A stretch of DNA of 64,000 bases from the human T2T-CHM13v2.0 reference genome, Homo sapiens (GCF_009914755.1 NC_060930.1), one strand, 5' to 3'; shown: positions 37,400 through 63,526, counted from the first letter of the stretch. The notes: generated by a model from the letters alone, not told the origin. Made by a program: numbers and translations.

Positions 37400-37560
37400 T
37401 ACCAACATTTACTACATACCTTTTCTGCATCTGGCGCTGTGCTAGGTACTTCCAAGTGCTTGCTCCCCTCTGCTACACAAAAGGGATATTGGAAAGCCAT
37501 ATTGTACACGAGGATATTGAAGCATAGAGCTGGGATTGAATCCCAGTTTGTCTGACTTCA
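37400..37560 (-). mobile_element. MIR
   Basis: AGAGCTGGGATTGAATCCCAGTTTGTCTGACT. Confidence 0.65.
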
Positions 37561-37881
37561 TATCCTTCCTCCCAACTCTTTCTAGGGAGGGGGAAGGGCA
37601 CAGAGCCCATGTGCGTTTTATGAGCCATATGGAAGTCTGAAGAGCTGCTCAGCTCTGACAGCTGTTTAAATTATCTGTGACACTGCATCCCACCATTAGC
37701 AGGGATGATGGATTGTTGACAGTCTCCATCAGAAAAGGCTGGAGTCCCAGTCCGTGGAGGAGCACTTACAGGGTCTTTCCTAAGTGCTGAGTAAGTATAA
37801 TTGAAACTTGGATTCTAATTATTATTGCTGGGTTAGAAAGCATTGAAGATACTGTTAGGCAGATATATGTCTATGTATCTG

Positions 37882-37884
<3 letters not shown>

Positions 37885-37924
<40 letters not shown>
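37885..37924 (+). repeat. (AC)20 microsatellite
   Basis: Direct reading. Confidence 0.98.
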
Positions 37925-37926
<2 letters not shown>

Positions 37927-38759
37927 GAGATGGGGTAGATCATTGTATTTTTGTGTCTACCAGCAAGAAAAGGAAGGAAAAACTAAGGTGATGTGTATTT
38001 TTAGTAGAGATCTTCCATAATTTAAAGTCATTTTGTTATTTTCTTTGCTTTCACACAAAAAATATGTGGACCTTTTCTGTGTACCTTACTCCAGTAAATC
38101 TATTTTGTCTGTTCTCATGCTACTCATTTGTATTCCATTTTTAATTAACTGTTTGTCCTTGAAAATATATTTTTCTTTGTCTATTCTTATTTGGTGGAAC
38201 TGTTTCATCTGTTTAGCTAGTGTTTATACTATTTGAGGTCATTGACCTTATTCTTATGTCTTTATCTTCCCTCATTATGCAGGATAGGGTTTAATTCATA
38301 GGCATCAAATAAATGTCTATAAAGTAGTCTTTTTATTGTTTCTTTCTCAAATTACTACAGTATTATGTTAAGTAGTTTTTGTGTTTTGTCTCTAAGTTTT
38401 GTTTAGTTCACCGTAGTGCTTTTTTTTCTATTATAATGTAAATCTTGCTGAGTTTTAATGCTAGTCATTTGTGAATATCTGATACATGAAACTCAATCAC
38501 AAGACAGATGTAATTGTAAGATGATTCTTTGCTGTTTGTATCAATATAGGATGCTTTTGACTCTGGTGGATGGTTTTCCTGTTCTTTTGTCTTTAGTTTT
38601 TGGTCTTTTTGTGAGTATCTACGTACACTCAATTGTGAGTTCTTGTCATTTTATATTATGTGGTTCATTTACTTATTTAATTTTTCCTGCCAAATATTTT
38701 TCCTTTTTAAAAGTATGAGAGAGAAAGACATTTCCTTGGCAGAGATAGGGCCAGAGCAG

Positions 38760-39560
38760 CAGAGGGAATTGCAGTAAGCATCTGTTTACCTTTCTGATTC
38801 CTTCTTTGCAAATTCTTCTCCTATGAGAAAAGAATTTCCTTTAGGCTACAAGCAATGGGGCAGGCTCATGTTGAGTTTGGAGTATGAGTTGTCCGTCAGG
38901 AGGCTGGAGAGGCAGACTGGAACAAGAGCTGGTAAGGGCTTGAAAGTGTGGTTAGGATGTCTGGGTTTAACTTGGTCTGCAAGTGGGGAGGTGTTGGAGG
39001 GTTGGACTGGCAGAGTAGGGTGTGCATGCTGGAGCTGGGGGTTCCAGCTGGGCTACTGCAGGAGTCCTGGTGATCTGTGCAGAGAGTCCGCACAGGGGGG
39101 ATAAGAAAGAGGAGAGAGAACCGTCCAGATGAGGCAGCTGGCTGGATATGGGGGCAAAGCATAGGGAGGGGTAAAAAATGACACTGGGCATTCAAGCCTG
39201 TGTACCTGTGGTAAGGATGATGCTACTCTACTAATGGAGTTGGGGGAAGATTACATTTGGGTCAAGTCAAGGAGAGTTTGGGTTTGATTCTTCTGATTTC
39301 TGAGGTGTCAGCAGGCTCTATGGGAAGTGCCTCGTGAGCAGTTAGAAATCTGGAGCTCAAGAGAGACAGGTCTGGGCTGGGTATGTAGATTCAGATTCAT
39401 CTCTTAGAGGGGATGACTGAAACCATGAGAAATAATGAAATTGTCAAAGAAGGATGTGCAAAGAGAGGCAAAAAAGACAGGCAAGAGCCTTGTTTTCTGC
39501 TTAAATTTTGGAGGTGGAAGAAGAATAGGAGGCAGAGAAGGGGACTCAGAAAGAATTGTC
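38760..39560 (-). mobile_element. L2 fragment
   Basis: GCAGTTAGAAATCTGGAGCTCAAGAGAGACAGGTCTGGGCTGG...ACTGAAACCATGAGA. Confidence 0.7.
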
Positions 39561-39624
39561 GAAAAAGAGAATTATTAAATAAGTTTTGAGCAGGATGGGA
39601 GGTGAGGGAGAGTTTTTAAACTTT

Positions 39625-40445
<821 letters not shown>

Positions 40446-40449
40446 CTAT

Positions 40450-40571
40450 ATTTAAATTTAAATGTAAATGGTATTTACATTTAAATGGTATTTACATTTA
40501 AATGGTAAATTTAAATTTAAATGGTATTTACATTTAAATTTAAATGGTATTTACATTTAAATGGTAAATTA
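40450..40571. repeat. AT-rich 17-bp tandem repeat (AAATGGTATTTACATTT) with palindrome
   Basis: Four full copies plus TTTAAA spacers. Confidence 0.9.
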
Positions 40572-40589
40572 AAAAAACCAGACTGCTCG

Positions 40590-40978
<389 letters not shown>

Positions 40979-41355
40979 TCAAAAAGTTGATCTGATGTAG
41001 ATGACAGAGAATTAATATGTCAGTAAACAGAGCAGGAACTCACAGGCAGGGCTGTGGGAAAGTTCGAGACTAGAATTCCTAGTTTTCCCTCCTTGCCCAC
41101 CGCATTCGGTGATATTGAAAGGCAGTCTCCCGAGGAGTCTGGCTGGTCCAGGAGCAGGGATGGAATGATGGGACTTTGGCAGTTTACTTTCTATAGGCTA
41201 ATAAGGCTTATCCAGGAAAACTGAGGGGCAAGGGGCTTCAGGTTGGTAATGACGTGATTGTGGAAATGAGTGGGGATAAATGGGTTGCAGCTGGTAGAGG
41301 GAGACACATTGTCTCAGAAGGACCCCTGTGAAAGGGGCTGGGGAGACCAGGGTAG

Positions 41356-41775
<420 letters not shown>

Positions 41776-41854
41776 TCTCCCTTTTGTCTTTTTGTAGATA
41801 AAGTCCAAACTTAGCCTGACGTTTTAAGTGTTTACCCCTCTGAAAGACCCATGT

Positions 41855-43533
<1,679 letters not shown>

Positions 43534-43858
43534 TTATTTTAAAAAGAAAAATTAAGCTATTGTAAATGATGTGTTAAACGAATGATTAAATGAAACTCTT
43601 AGTTTTGGGTAGAAGGTTGCAAATAGTGGGGGTGGGCTGCTTTGGAAATTCCAGTGGGACTGCTGTGGTTCCTTTTCTCCCCAAATACGGCTTTTTGTTG
43701 TAGAATGGAAGGAACACTGGACTGATAGTTGGTTGGCCTGACTTCTTGCTCGTGGGCCTACCGGCCAGCTGGCTAGTCTTGGAGAATTTTCTTAACCTTT
43801 CTGAGCTTTTGCTTCCTCGTTTGCAGAATTAGTGGAGCAGATTATAAAAGGCAGCTAG

Positions 43859-44198
<340 letters not shown>

Positions 44199-44439
44199 TC
44201 AGGTTCTGCACCTGGCTATCATCACTTCCCGGCTGTGCAGCCTTGCCTAAGTCCTGAACTTCTCCCATGCTTTCCAGAGTGGGAGTGAAAAAGAGTTTCC
44301 TGTTCCTGCCAGAGGACCCTCTAAAGAAACCTGTGGAAATTAGATCCACGTCACAGAGTGATGGATAAATATCTGTTGACTTGAAGAATGAAAGGATAAC
44401 CGTCAGGGGGAACTTCTGAAAGATTTTTTTCCCCAAAAC

Positions 44440-45755
<1,316 letters not shown>

Positions 45756-46397
45756 CTGCAAAGTGCTAGGGTTTTTTGAACCATCCCCTCAGTTGCCTCA
45801 TTTAAACAGATAAGGAAACTTCATTCCAGATAGGTTAAGTGACTTGACGGCCTAGCTTGTTACTGTCAAAGGTAGGACTGAAACTCAAATCTCCCTGCTT
45901 TCCCTGTTGCATGTGAGACGCAGTCTGGTCATGCATTTATTTCTTTACTCAACACACAGTGCACACATCAGTGCTGTTTGAGGTGCAGGAGTTTACAAAG
46001 ATGGTTCAGATAAAGCCCCTGTCCTGACCTCCTGCCTCTTTCTGCGGCTTTCCCAAAGCTGCTTCGTGCTGTTTACCTCACAGTTTACCTCTCAGTTTAA
46101 TTGCCAACTAGTAGCATCTGCAGCTTCGTACTTGGTGTTAAGTAATTTGCTTTTTACTTCCCTCCTCTGTTTTCAGTCCAAAGGAGCTTAGGAAAATGAA
46201 CTCACTCGTCCTGATATAGCTCTCACAACTTGATAATTTTCTATAAAATCATTTGAGAAGAAAATATTGATAAAAATGAGATAAGAGGGGAAGGGTACAG
46301 AGACGCCGAGCTCTGTACCAACAGCTGTAGAAAGTGGAGCCATATTTAAAAGTGATTAACCACTGCAGGGCCTTCTTGTGTCCATGTGTGCCTGACT

Positions 46398-46686
46398 GTT
46401 TTTTCTTTTTTTCTCTCACTCTGTTGCCCAGGCTGGAGTACAATGGCATAGTCTTGGCCCACTGCAACCTCCACCTCCTGGGTTCAAGTGATTCTCCTGC
46501 CTCAGCCTCCTGAGTAGCTGGAACTACAGGTGTGCACCACCATGCCCTGCTAATTTTTTGTATTTTTAGTAGAGACAGGGTTTCACCATGTTAGCCAGCT
46601 GGTCTCGAACTCCTGACCCCAGGTGATCCACCTGCCTCAGCCTCATAAGGTACTGGGATTACAGGCGTGAGCCACTGCGCCTGGCC
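46398..46686 (-). mobile_element. AluS
   Basis: Alu consensus. Confidence 0.93.
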
Positions 46687-47149
46687 TGTCTGTCTGATTC
46701 TTGAAGAGCTCATCTCTGATACGGGTATTTAATGCTAAGGAGAAAGTCACAAGCAACAGGGGGCCTGAGTTGTGTTCAACTGTCACCTTGTAGGGAACAT
46801 TGCCTGTGGCCACCTTGCAGAAGCAATGCAATGCTTATTGTTGACAAGTCCCTTGAGTTATGAGAAGTTAAAGCTTACTGAAGTTACGATATGGTTGCTA
46901 CTTAAATATAGGTTCGAGTTAGTAGGGAAGAGGGCTAACGATGGTTTCTTAGTAAAGCATTTCGAGGGCCTGCTTGTGTCATAGCGCTGGGCTTGGCAGC
47001 CATGGACGTGGATAAAGTGAATTCCTTTTTGTAACCATCTTAGGTTTCTCCTTTCCGGCTTCTGTTTTTGTAGAGAGGTTTTTTAAACTAGGGCACTGAG
47101 AGAGAAGGAGGGACTCATTTTTTGTTCTGTTTTTTTTTTTTTTTTTTTC

Positions 47150-47202
47150 CTTGGCAAGTGAATTTATTTCATCTTTTTTCTTGGCAAATGAATTTATTTC
47201 AT
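47150..47202 (+). repeat. 30-bp-period tandem duplication next to poly(T)
   Basis: CTTGGCAA(G/A)TGAATTTATTTCAT at 47150 and 47180. Confidence 0.9.
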
Positions 47203-49088
47203 TTTGAAATCTGCAATCCTTTCCTTTTTGTTCAAGATATCTGAGTTTGACTTGGATTTACTTACAGCCACTTCAGGAAATTGACTTTGAAGGAAAATCT
47301 GAGCCAGGTGGGAATCTCTGCTCTAGAAGTTGCAGGTACCTGGCACCTGGCTCCCTTTAGGCCAAGTCTCAGGATGAAGTTAAGTCTAGACAGACAAAAC
47401 TCTGCCACGAGGGCGGTTGTTGATGGGTCAATGTGAGAGACCTTTGTGATTTGGGGCAAAAAGTGTTCTTATTAAACTTTGCAGTTTAATAACAGAGTTT
47501 GTCTTTGCATATTGAACCCTGGTCCTTTTCGGCTGCGTCTAAATTTGTATGTTCTGTGAATGAGAATGGGATCTAGTGCCTGACCGAACTATACCATGTC
47601 TGTGCGTTTGCTCTTGATTTTGCAGCCCTGACAGGTTGGGTAGCAGCCTGGCCTGGAACCAGCTGCAAGTAACCAAGCAATGATGAGTTATTTGCAGTTG
47701 GATAAAGGCAGATTTTACCCATTATCCTCTGGAGGTCTTCTCTTGCGGGGAAAGGTCAGCAATAATGAGATTTAGTCAGCTTTCCTTGCAGGCGGAGCCT
47801 CCAAGGAAATACTCATTGAACTTGAGTATTTTTGTGCTTTTGTTCATCGTATATAGAAGTCCTAATTGAAACCTTAAATTGTGCGCTCCGTAAACCACTT
47901 GTTGAGCCGCAGATGGTTGGTTTGTACATTACTTAATTTATCGGGTCCTTACTCGTCTTTGCCTGCAAGATGAAGGGATTGGAGAGAGTATTTCCAAGAC
48001 TCTGTTTTATCATCAGCAACATCATCATCTTCTTGACATCATAGGAACCTGTTGATCAGAGGCTGTACCAGACACTTCATCAACATCCCACTTAATACTC
48101 TGCATGCGGCTCTCCAGGACAGATTCCCTCCCAATCTGCAGAGGACACAGGCTTAGAGAGGGTGGGTGAGGAATTAAGGAGCTGAGCTGGGTTTTGACCT
48201 TGTCTGACTCCAAAGCACTTGTTCTTCAGACTGCGTCTTGCTGGCCTCTACAGCTTTATGATTCTGGGAAAAGTACTTACGGCCACGTTTCTTTGGTAAG
48301 AAACAGGTAATTGAAGAACAAAAATGAATTCTATATCTGCTTTAGGAGAACTGAAAGAGGCTGGAATAACTGCCTTTCTTACTGTAAGATTTAATTATTA
48401 ATGGATGAACCAGAGATTATAAGTATTAACAGAAATAAAACAACACAATTTTTAAAAATTCAGAGGATTTTCAGACAACAAATTTCCTGGAAGAAATTGT
48501 GCATTTTTTTTTTCCCTGAGAGTGTCATAAAAGCTGGGTTTAGGAATTGCCATTTGGTGGCAGATGGGGTAAGTTATCTTTGCCTTCTTTAATAGTTTTT
48601 CTTTGTAGGAGAAGAAGATCCTATTCCTAAATCGCTGTGATATTTAGGTCTTTAGGGGTGGGATCTTGTGAATTTGCTATTATTGTAGACTGAAATCTAT
48701 ATATAGGGACACTCAAATGTGGTATAAATCCATGTCTTTAAAAAAAAAAAAAAAAAGCAATTACTATGTTTGAAAGCCAAGCTATAAAAAGTAAATGAAA
48801 TCATAGGAGAGCCAAGAAAGGATTTCATTTTACTGAGCAAATGTCCTTGACTTTCTTTTCCCTTTTGTGTCCTGCAGTGACAGAGTGGGGAATGCAAATG
48901 TTTCGAAATTAGGATCACAGCTTTTATTTACAGGTGGTTGAGTGTTGGCATTTGTCCCTGTCAGCACTCTTGCTCTAGATGAAGTGACAGATCCAGAAGG
49001 GAGAAATCCAGAAAACAGACACTCAGCTTGTAATTTGTTAAATGTCATTTTAGTTATTTAGCATTCCATAGAACCTGGTTTTATTTGA

Positions 49089-49707
<619 letters not shown>

Positions 49708-49908
49708 CAAAGAGGAGGTTATTTTTATTTAGTGTCTGCTTATATACATTGTAACATTTTTTCATCAAAGTTGAAATTAATTTCCTTGAAAATTCATGTG
49801 TCTTTGACGGCTGAGGTTTGTGTAGTACCCGCCAATTTTACCAATCACATTTAAAAAAATAGATTTTTTCATACCCATACATAAAAACACATGTGAGCAC
49901 CTCCCCCT

Positions 49909-49911
<3 letters not shown>

Positions 49912-49944
<33 letters not shown>
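49912..49944 (+). repeat. (AC)n microsatellite
   Basis: Direct reading. Confidence 0.97.
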
Positions 49945-49948
<4 letters not shown>

Positions 49949-51073
49949 AGAAAGAAGGGAAGGAAACATTTGGATGCTTCGGAAAGGTGTTGTTGAGCAG
50001 TGGGACAAAAGCCTCCTTGAGCAGTTGTGGGGTCTCAGAACATGGAACACCCGCTAGTCTACACATCTCACAAATAGAATGGGCTTCTTGAATGGTTCTT
50101 TCTTGCTCAGAGGTACTTTGCAGCCCAGCCAGAGCTCTGATAATGATAGGCTGGATTTCTATATGGAAACATAAAACAGCTCAAATCCAGGCATTCAGCT
50201 TTGTCTTCTTAAATTGCCGCATTGCTTTGGCTAGGTACTAGATAAAAAAAGAACTTCTAATGAGAGGAATATTTTAAGACCTGGGTAAGCTGTCACACCA
50301 TAAAATGTTAAACAGTATTCCCCTTAGGGATCTGTTCAGAATTTCAAATGTTCAAAATCTCTGTTGATTCCTCAGCAAATACAGATGATCTTGGCGTTCT
50401 TTCTGAATGCTTCCCCCAGGTTCTTCCCAAGGTTTCCATTAAGAATCATCTTTTTGCAATGATAATTGAGTTTCTCAATTTTTTTTCCCTCCTGGTGGGG
50501 GTAGACTGTTTCAACGCTAAGCAGTTAATTTTCTTTGCAAAACTCACTGTGGTTTATCATCATGTTTCGAAGGGCATGGACAACTACAGAACACTGGGGG
50601 AGGGCTGGATATGTTTTTGTAATAAAGAGGCTGCATGCTGGAGGTAGATGCATCCCAGTGGGGACTGGCAGTCCTTGAGGGACTGACTCATCCATGACTC
50701 ACATGGCAGCCTGGGTGGCCCCTTGGCCCTGGTGCCAGCCTCTGGAAGTTTGGAGCTGGTGCTCACCTCTCCCATGAGACCTTGAGAGTTAAAATATGCG
50801 GTGAGGCTTCTGGTTTGATTGGAGTGGGGCTCACCTTTGGTTAGGGACTTGGTGAGAAGCTAGAAGAAATGCACACACCTTTTGGCTTTTGTATGTAGTT
50901 ACGGGAGACTGGGCTACTGCTGGTTTTACACATGGTGAGACGGTGTAACGGAGCAACTGGTTGGGAAGAGAAAAACTGTTCATTTGTTATAGTGCACATC
51001 TTTACCTACTTGAAATGCCACCTTTATGATATTCTGCATGTCCATATAATTTGTGTCTATTTCTGGACTTTGA

Positions 51074-54036
<2,963 letters not shown>

Positions 54037-55376
54037 TGAAAGTTTCATAGTTATCACTTGTAAAGCAAATGGGCTTGAAATGATTTTTATATTACCTTAT
54101 GATAACTTTCTGAAATTACGGAGTTTGGGGAGAGAGGAGAGGGAGGCAAGATAGAGCATGGGATGAGGCAGGCCAGATGCAGATGGAGAGTTGAACATCT
54201 TGGAAAGAGAACTTCACAACCAAGTTGTGATCAATCTTAGTGCCTTTTTCCTAGAAAACAAGGAAATGACGTAGGTTGTTACAATTGAACTGCCTTCTGT
54301 TGGTGAGAAGTTGATTTTAACAGTCCTGTGATAGCTGCTCACATTTTGTTACTATGATCTCCCGAAGAGATTAAGGTCGAGAAGGAGCAATAGGCAGGGA
54401 TTTGACCTCGTCTGGTTGTTAGGAGGAACAAGCTGTTGATCTCTGCTTTTAACCTGCGTCCAAACCGCAAGCCTCCTGGTATTGTTCACCCCACTGCTCA
54501 AGGGGTGTCTGCTCAGAAATTCCATTCTGTGGGGAATGCTTGCCAATCCATGATTTGATTGGTTTCCTCATGTGATTGTGGAAGAATGTTAGCTACTTTC
54601 TCCGTCTTGCTCCTGTGGAATAATACTAACTGGTAAATTTTGGAGGAAAGCTGCTGTTCTATCATGATGGAAATTATATTTTGGATTCTGCTTTTCACTA
54701 TAGAAATTTTTTGGTAAGTGTGGCCCTGAGCTCAACCAGGGAGGTTCCATAGCCTTCCAGACAATGAGATTAAATCTTTCATTTTAGTGATCTTCCTGTG
54801 TTTAAATCAGGATCTCAACTGTCTCTCGTTAGAAGACTTGGGGAAATAAAAGGTAAGGATTCCTCTGGCATAGTAATGGTGCCAAAAGATTTAATAATTT
54901 GAGAATGCGTTCATAGTTTTGGTGAAATAAGTTCCTGTGAGGCTGTTTGCCCTCCCTGACTGCTGTTATCTTTGTTGTGTGTGGCTAAGAGTTTTTATGA
55001 AATTCTATGGAATTGGTATTCACAAGACACTTTGTGTCTTATTTAACCCTTTGACAGTATTCTGAAAATTCCAATGTGAACATGCATGGTCATAAATACT
55101 TCTCAGTGTTAAATTAACTCCTTAAAGGTGTAACACCTATTCACTTCTTGTCAATTTCTTTGTTTTTAAAAGACTAAATACATATGTGCCTCTCTGTATA
55201 TGTTGTGCATATTTTAGAATGAGTCAATATAAATCCAGGTGAGTCTTTCTAAATGACTCAGACACTGTTGCTGATACTTCACATAACTTTTGCTATTATT
55301 TTATAATTTATCTGTAATATTTTTTAGTAGCTGTCTCAAATTGCAAAAGAGTTTTTGTTTTGAAAATGAAGAGATG

Positions 55377-55662
<286 letters not shown>

Positions 55663-56348
55663 TTAAGACTAAACAAATTGCAGAACTTATATTTAAATAA
55701 AAGGAACTAAATATATTAGGAGATACTTCCATATGATGGGCTTAAAGATGAAAACATAACATATTAATTTGAATTATCTTACTTGCTTTTCTTACTTTTG
55801 GGTAGAATCAAAAGTAAGGAAAATTCTTGGGAACAAAAAGCACATTGTCTATTTAATTTGAGGTATCTATGAAAGCTATTTTAATTCGTATTTTGAAGAT
55901 GTATATCGACTGCGACTAGGGGCTTGAAAAGGTAAGAAATTTACAGTTCCTGTAAGTACTGCTTTGGCAGAGCAGAACCTCTCAAAGTATAGCGTGTACT
56001 TTATACGATGGAAGATCTGTGAGGGAAAAAAGGTTTTGACCCAGTGGGAGAGGTCATGCTACTGTGAGAAAGGAAATTATGTTCAGATTGAACAAGCTAA
56101 GCCACTTGCCAAAATGTTCTCCCCAATGTTCCTGTGTGTTTTCTCCTGGTGCATACACACGTCTTAAGCCTGTGCGAACCTGCCTGCTTGTCTGTGCACA
56201 GGAATTAAAGTTTGGAAAGCTTCCATTGTGATCCTTTCCCCACTTGCCACTCACAGTGTGGTTCATGGAACGCAACGCTCGGTGGACCTACATTTGGAGC
56301 ATGAAGATGCTGATAGCAATCTATGTCATGCGTGGCATTAATCACTAA

Positions 56349-56804
<456 letters not shown>

Positions 56805-57611
56805 TGAACATTTGTGTTGTATATAGAGCAAAGGAATACTCCAAAGGAATTTGGGGTATATAAAAGAATCATTTCCCCCTGAAATTTTCTGCCTTTAGTT
56901 GAAAACAGCTATGTGTTAATTCTACGACCACAGCTCATTGAAGTTTCCTTTCTGTTGTCCATGTTGGTGCTCTTGCCTATGTGCCTGTTAGACTGTATGT
57001 TAAACACATGTGGTCAAACTGGTCTAGATTTTCCTTGTTCCCGGGTCTTCTCGTTGCCTTCCTGAACATTTGGAGAAGGTTAGTACACCTGGATGTCATT
57101 TTGAGTACATATGTATTCACTGCAGCCATGACGGCCCCAGGCCCTCTGCAGCCCTGCCTGCGCGCTACTTAAATGCGGCCCAAAGATACTACTTTGGTGA
57201 TGTAACCACTGGGCTACTTCCGTGATCTCTCAGGAGCATGGTTACGTTTTAGGTTACATTAATTCCTTAAGGGAGCTGGCTTGTCTCCCCAAAACAACTG
57301 TTAGAAAAATAAGACATAGTCCTGTTTTGCTTTTGAGCAACTTTATCTGTGGTCTCCAATATTTGTTTTATTTTATGAAATTCCCTAATCTTGTAGTTGA
57401 TATAGCACTTTGGCTCTGAAATTTAGAGTAGAAGCACAGCAGGTTTCGCAGGTTTAAAGATAAAACTCAAGAATAGAAAGGTTTAGTTTCTTAGCTAAGA
57501 AAGGAAGCCGTGCCAAGTATGAGTTATGCTCAGAAAAAAAAAAGTTTGCCCCAGAAATATTTCACACGCAGTGTCTTCTTCAGAGCCGCCCTGCCTGTTT
57601 CCTAGAAGTAA

Positions 57612-57964
<353 letters not shown>

Positions 57965-58065
57965 TCTCTTGGCTTTCTTCTCTGTTGCTTACCTTTTTTT
58001 TTTTTCCTGCCTCCCTTTGGAGTCTCCTTCCTTATCCCACTGTCAAACAGTGAGGTTCTCCCTAG

Positions 58066-58501
<436 letters not shown>

Positions 58502-59174
58502 AGGTCCAGTATTTTAACCTTCAACTGGATGTCTTCATCTAGATGTTTGCTGCCTTCCTGCAACTGAGTGCTTCAGAAGTGAATGAAGTCTTTTCACCTC
58601 AGAGTTGCATCTCTCTGTGGAGCTCCTGCCTCAGAGCATGTGCTTTGGAGTCTGAGAGCCCATGTTTGATTCCTGGCTAGGCTAGTTAACCTCTTTTTCC
58701 TGCCTTATCACATTGGCTGGGACCTCCAACACAATATATATTGGCTTATTCCTGGTCTTAATAGAATGCATTCAATTTTCACCATTAAGTACGATGCTAG
58801 CCGCAGATGTTTTCAAAGATCCTGTTTATTGTGAAGTTTTTAAAAATAGAGTTGAAAAATATTTTTCATTAGCTGATTATGAATTAATATTTTTTAATGT
58901 TTACAGGATCCCTATTAAAAAACAGAAACCAAAACCCACCATAATAAATCTAAGGAAATTTAAAATTGTATTTCAGTAAAACCTATATGGGTCCACGAAG
59001 CTTTCACAGTTAAGGAGGAAAAGGTAGAAATATGGTTTGGAGGGAATGACTTGATTATTATAGTTCGTTTGATCCACGTATGCACTGATTCTTTATTTGC
59101 TGAATGGATGTGCAAGTGATGTAAGTTTTGTTTTGCTGTTTTTTTTTATTCTTCGCCTTACATGTATCGTCCTA

Positions 59175-59463
59175 TTTTTTTTTTTTTGAAACGGAGTCTT
59201 GCTTTGTCACCCAGGCTGGAGTGCGGTGGCGTGATCTCGGCTCACTGCATTTCCACCTCCCGGGTTCAAGCGATCCTCCTGCCTCAGCTTCCCGAGTAGC
59301 TGGGACTACAGGTGTGTGCCACCATACCGGCTAATTTTTGTATTTTTAGTAGAAATGGGGTTTTGCTATGTTGATCAGGCTGGTCTCAAATTCTTGACCT
59401 CAGAGGATCCACCCGTTTTAGCCTCCCAAAGTTTGGGATTAACAGGCGTGAGACTACCCAGCC
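59175..59463 (-). mobile_element. AluS
   Basis: Full dimer. Confidence 0.92.
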
Positions 59464-60197
59464 TTTTCCTGTTAGTTCACGAGACTCAGACTAATGTTGG
59501 AGTTTTGCAAACACCATCTTATTCCTGTGTGTATGTGTACTGATCATCATCATTGAAACTGTAAGGTCTAAGCAATTTGAAATGTAACTTAGCCTCTTTT
59601 TTTCCATGATTAGGAAAATTAAACCTAATTGAGATCCAGTAGAGGCTTCTGGAAAAGGCTGTAAGTTCTTGTACTTTTCAGACTTGTATGTTAATGAAAA
59701 CATTTGATTCTCATTAATACAAACGATTACTCGGTAGATGGTAATTAATTCTGGGACAGGGTCATGCACACAGCCCTTGCTGGGTTGATGTAAATGGCCC
59801 TTGGAAGGCTGCGATGATACAAAGACTGTAACTTGTATCTCTTTATTTTTTGAAACATGAATGTCTCTATACGTATAATTTTTAATTTTCCCTGGACTTG
59901 GAGCTTGTGTTTAATGCTTCATTAACAATTGTTGATCCCTTTTTGGGTAAATCTTTCTGGACAGATTAAGCAAAGAAAGAAAAACCCTGTGTACAGAGTA
60001 TGTATCATTTAGGCTTTTGAGGTGGAAAGTTAAGGGAGATATTAATTAGACTCTAAAAGATACCCCAAACAGAGTGGCCATCCAGCAATTGTGTGTTAAA
60101 AGAATGTCGCATGAATAAAGGAAGGGAGGAGGGTAGTAATGTCCTGTGCTGAAATGCGTCATTTGTTCCTGGTTTCTTTCTTTAAAAAGTGTGTTGA

Positions 60198-60941
<744 letters not shown>

Positions 60942-61134
60942 TTAGGCACGGCTCTCTATAACTTTTTCAGTTTCCCTTCACCTAATTGTTACTTCATGGT
61001 TTCCTGTCCTGTAGTTCAAGAACATTCTTCTAAGCTGCCTTGGCAACTTGTAGTGTCCCAGGAGGAACATCTTTGGCGTTAGCTCTGATTCCGTTCTTTT
61101 CTTCTTGAACTATTGCTTGTAAATGTTCAATGTA

Positions 61135-61270
61135 GGTAAATTTTCTGAGCTTCAATTTTCTCATCTGTAAAATGGGGGCAGTAAAATACTGACCTCGAAT
61201 AGAGTTGTGAGGCTTCAATGACATAAAGAAGTTGGCAGCATAACTAGCGTATAGAAGGTCCTAAGTAAAC
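61135..61270 (+). mobile_element. MIR
   Basis: TTTTCTCATCTGTAAAATGGGG core. Confidence 0.8.
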
Positions 61271-61370
61271 TCTGAAGGTGACCATCTTTCCTTTCCCTTG
61301 AGTTCAATAGCTCTGCAGTTTTCTGTTTTGAATGATTAAGGCTTTAAAGTTTTTCTTATTTCTGTTCTGA

Positions 61371-61779
<409 letters not shown>

Positions 61780-62553
61780 CTCAGAGCTTGTTTCTGAGTC
61801 CTTACTTCTTCTGTGTCCACTGCTGTTCTGCATTTTTATCTGAAGTTGCTGTTGGCTGGGCCTTTGCTCTTCATTCTGTGTTTGGAGTACCTGGTCGACC
61901 CTAAGGAATTCTTTTGTTTCTCTGTTTTCACTTTTAGGATCAAAAGAGGCAGTTTCTTTCTCCAGTTGTAGGAGAAAACAGAGTTTAAGATTTTCCTTCT
62001 TGCTGAGTTGTTAAATAAGGAGCATTAAAACAAACCTTCTATTGAAGGGCACAAATCATGGTGTGGAACTTGATGAATTTTCCCAAAGTGAACACACCAT
62101 GTAATGAGGATGGTAATAAGTTTAAGAAAAGTCTCTGATGGCCTGAGCTTTCCTAAGCCTTCTCGCCCGTTATCCTTCAGATGACCCACCTAGTGCCTTC
62201 TGACCACCATCTGCCGGCTAGTTCTGTAGGGTCTGGTTGGCCTGCCCTGCCCTCCTGCTCCTTCCCCCAGATGGGATGCCTGGGGTTAGAGAGACTGGCT
62301 CTTTGTTCCCAGTCCTGCCTGCATTTCAGTAGATGGTAAGAAGAGAGACACAGGATGCTGTATTTCCACTCTCCCTTAAATGGTCTTCTCTTGGGGCTAG
62401 TTGGAGGTGGGATACATGATGCAGAGAAGGTGCTGCGCCAAGCACTGTGTGCGTGCTCCCTTTGCTTTCGGTCTCTGTTCAACAAAGTATTGAAACTACT
62501 AAGACAATGCTGATATCAGAAGCTGGTACGAAAAAGCACTGTGTTTTTGATTA

Positions 62554-63233
<680 letters not shown>

Positions 63234-63526
63234 TATGTTTTGGTCCCATGAGAAAGTTTTGATGACCAGAATTGTGCTTTCATCCCCCTTTAGCAGTAAT
63301 CAAGCCCACTCCACCCCTTTCTCTGTCTTCCCCTGAGTCTGAGATGTAAGAAATTTCTTGAGATCTTGCATGGGTCTTGTCTGGAAGACAAAATGCTGAT
63401 GGCCATGGTGGGGAGGAGGTGGCCTCCTGAGGAGTACGAGAAGGTTCTTTGTCTGCACTGAAATTTCCCAGAAGTTTGGATAGCTAGGTAAAAGTTGCCA
63501 GAAGTGGGGTATAGGTCTGGGGGGAT

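Noticed and set aside
37925-38011. Possible small exon after (AC)n, and a lone 17-nt Alu-like TGTATTTTTAGTAGAGA
   Set aside because: Weak donor (AAG|GTGATG), no acceptor, and the match is too short to interpret.
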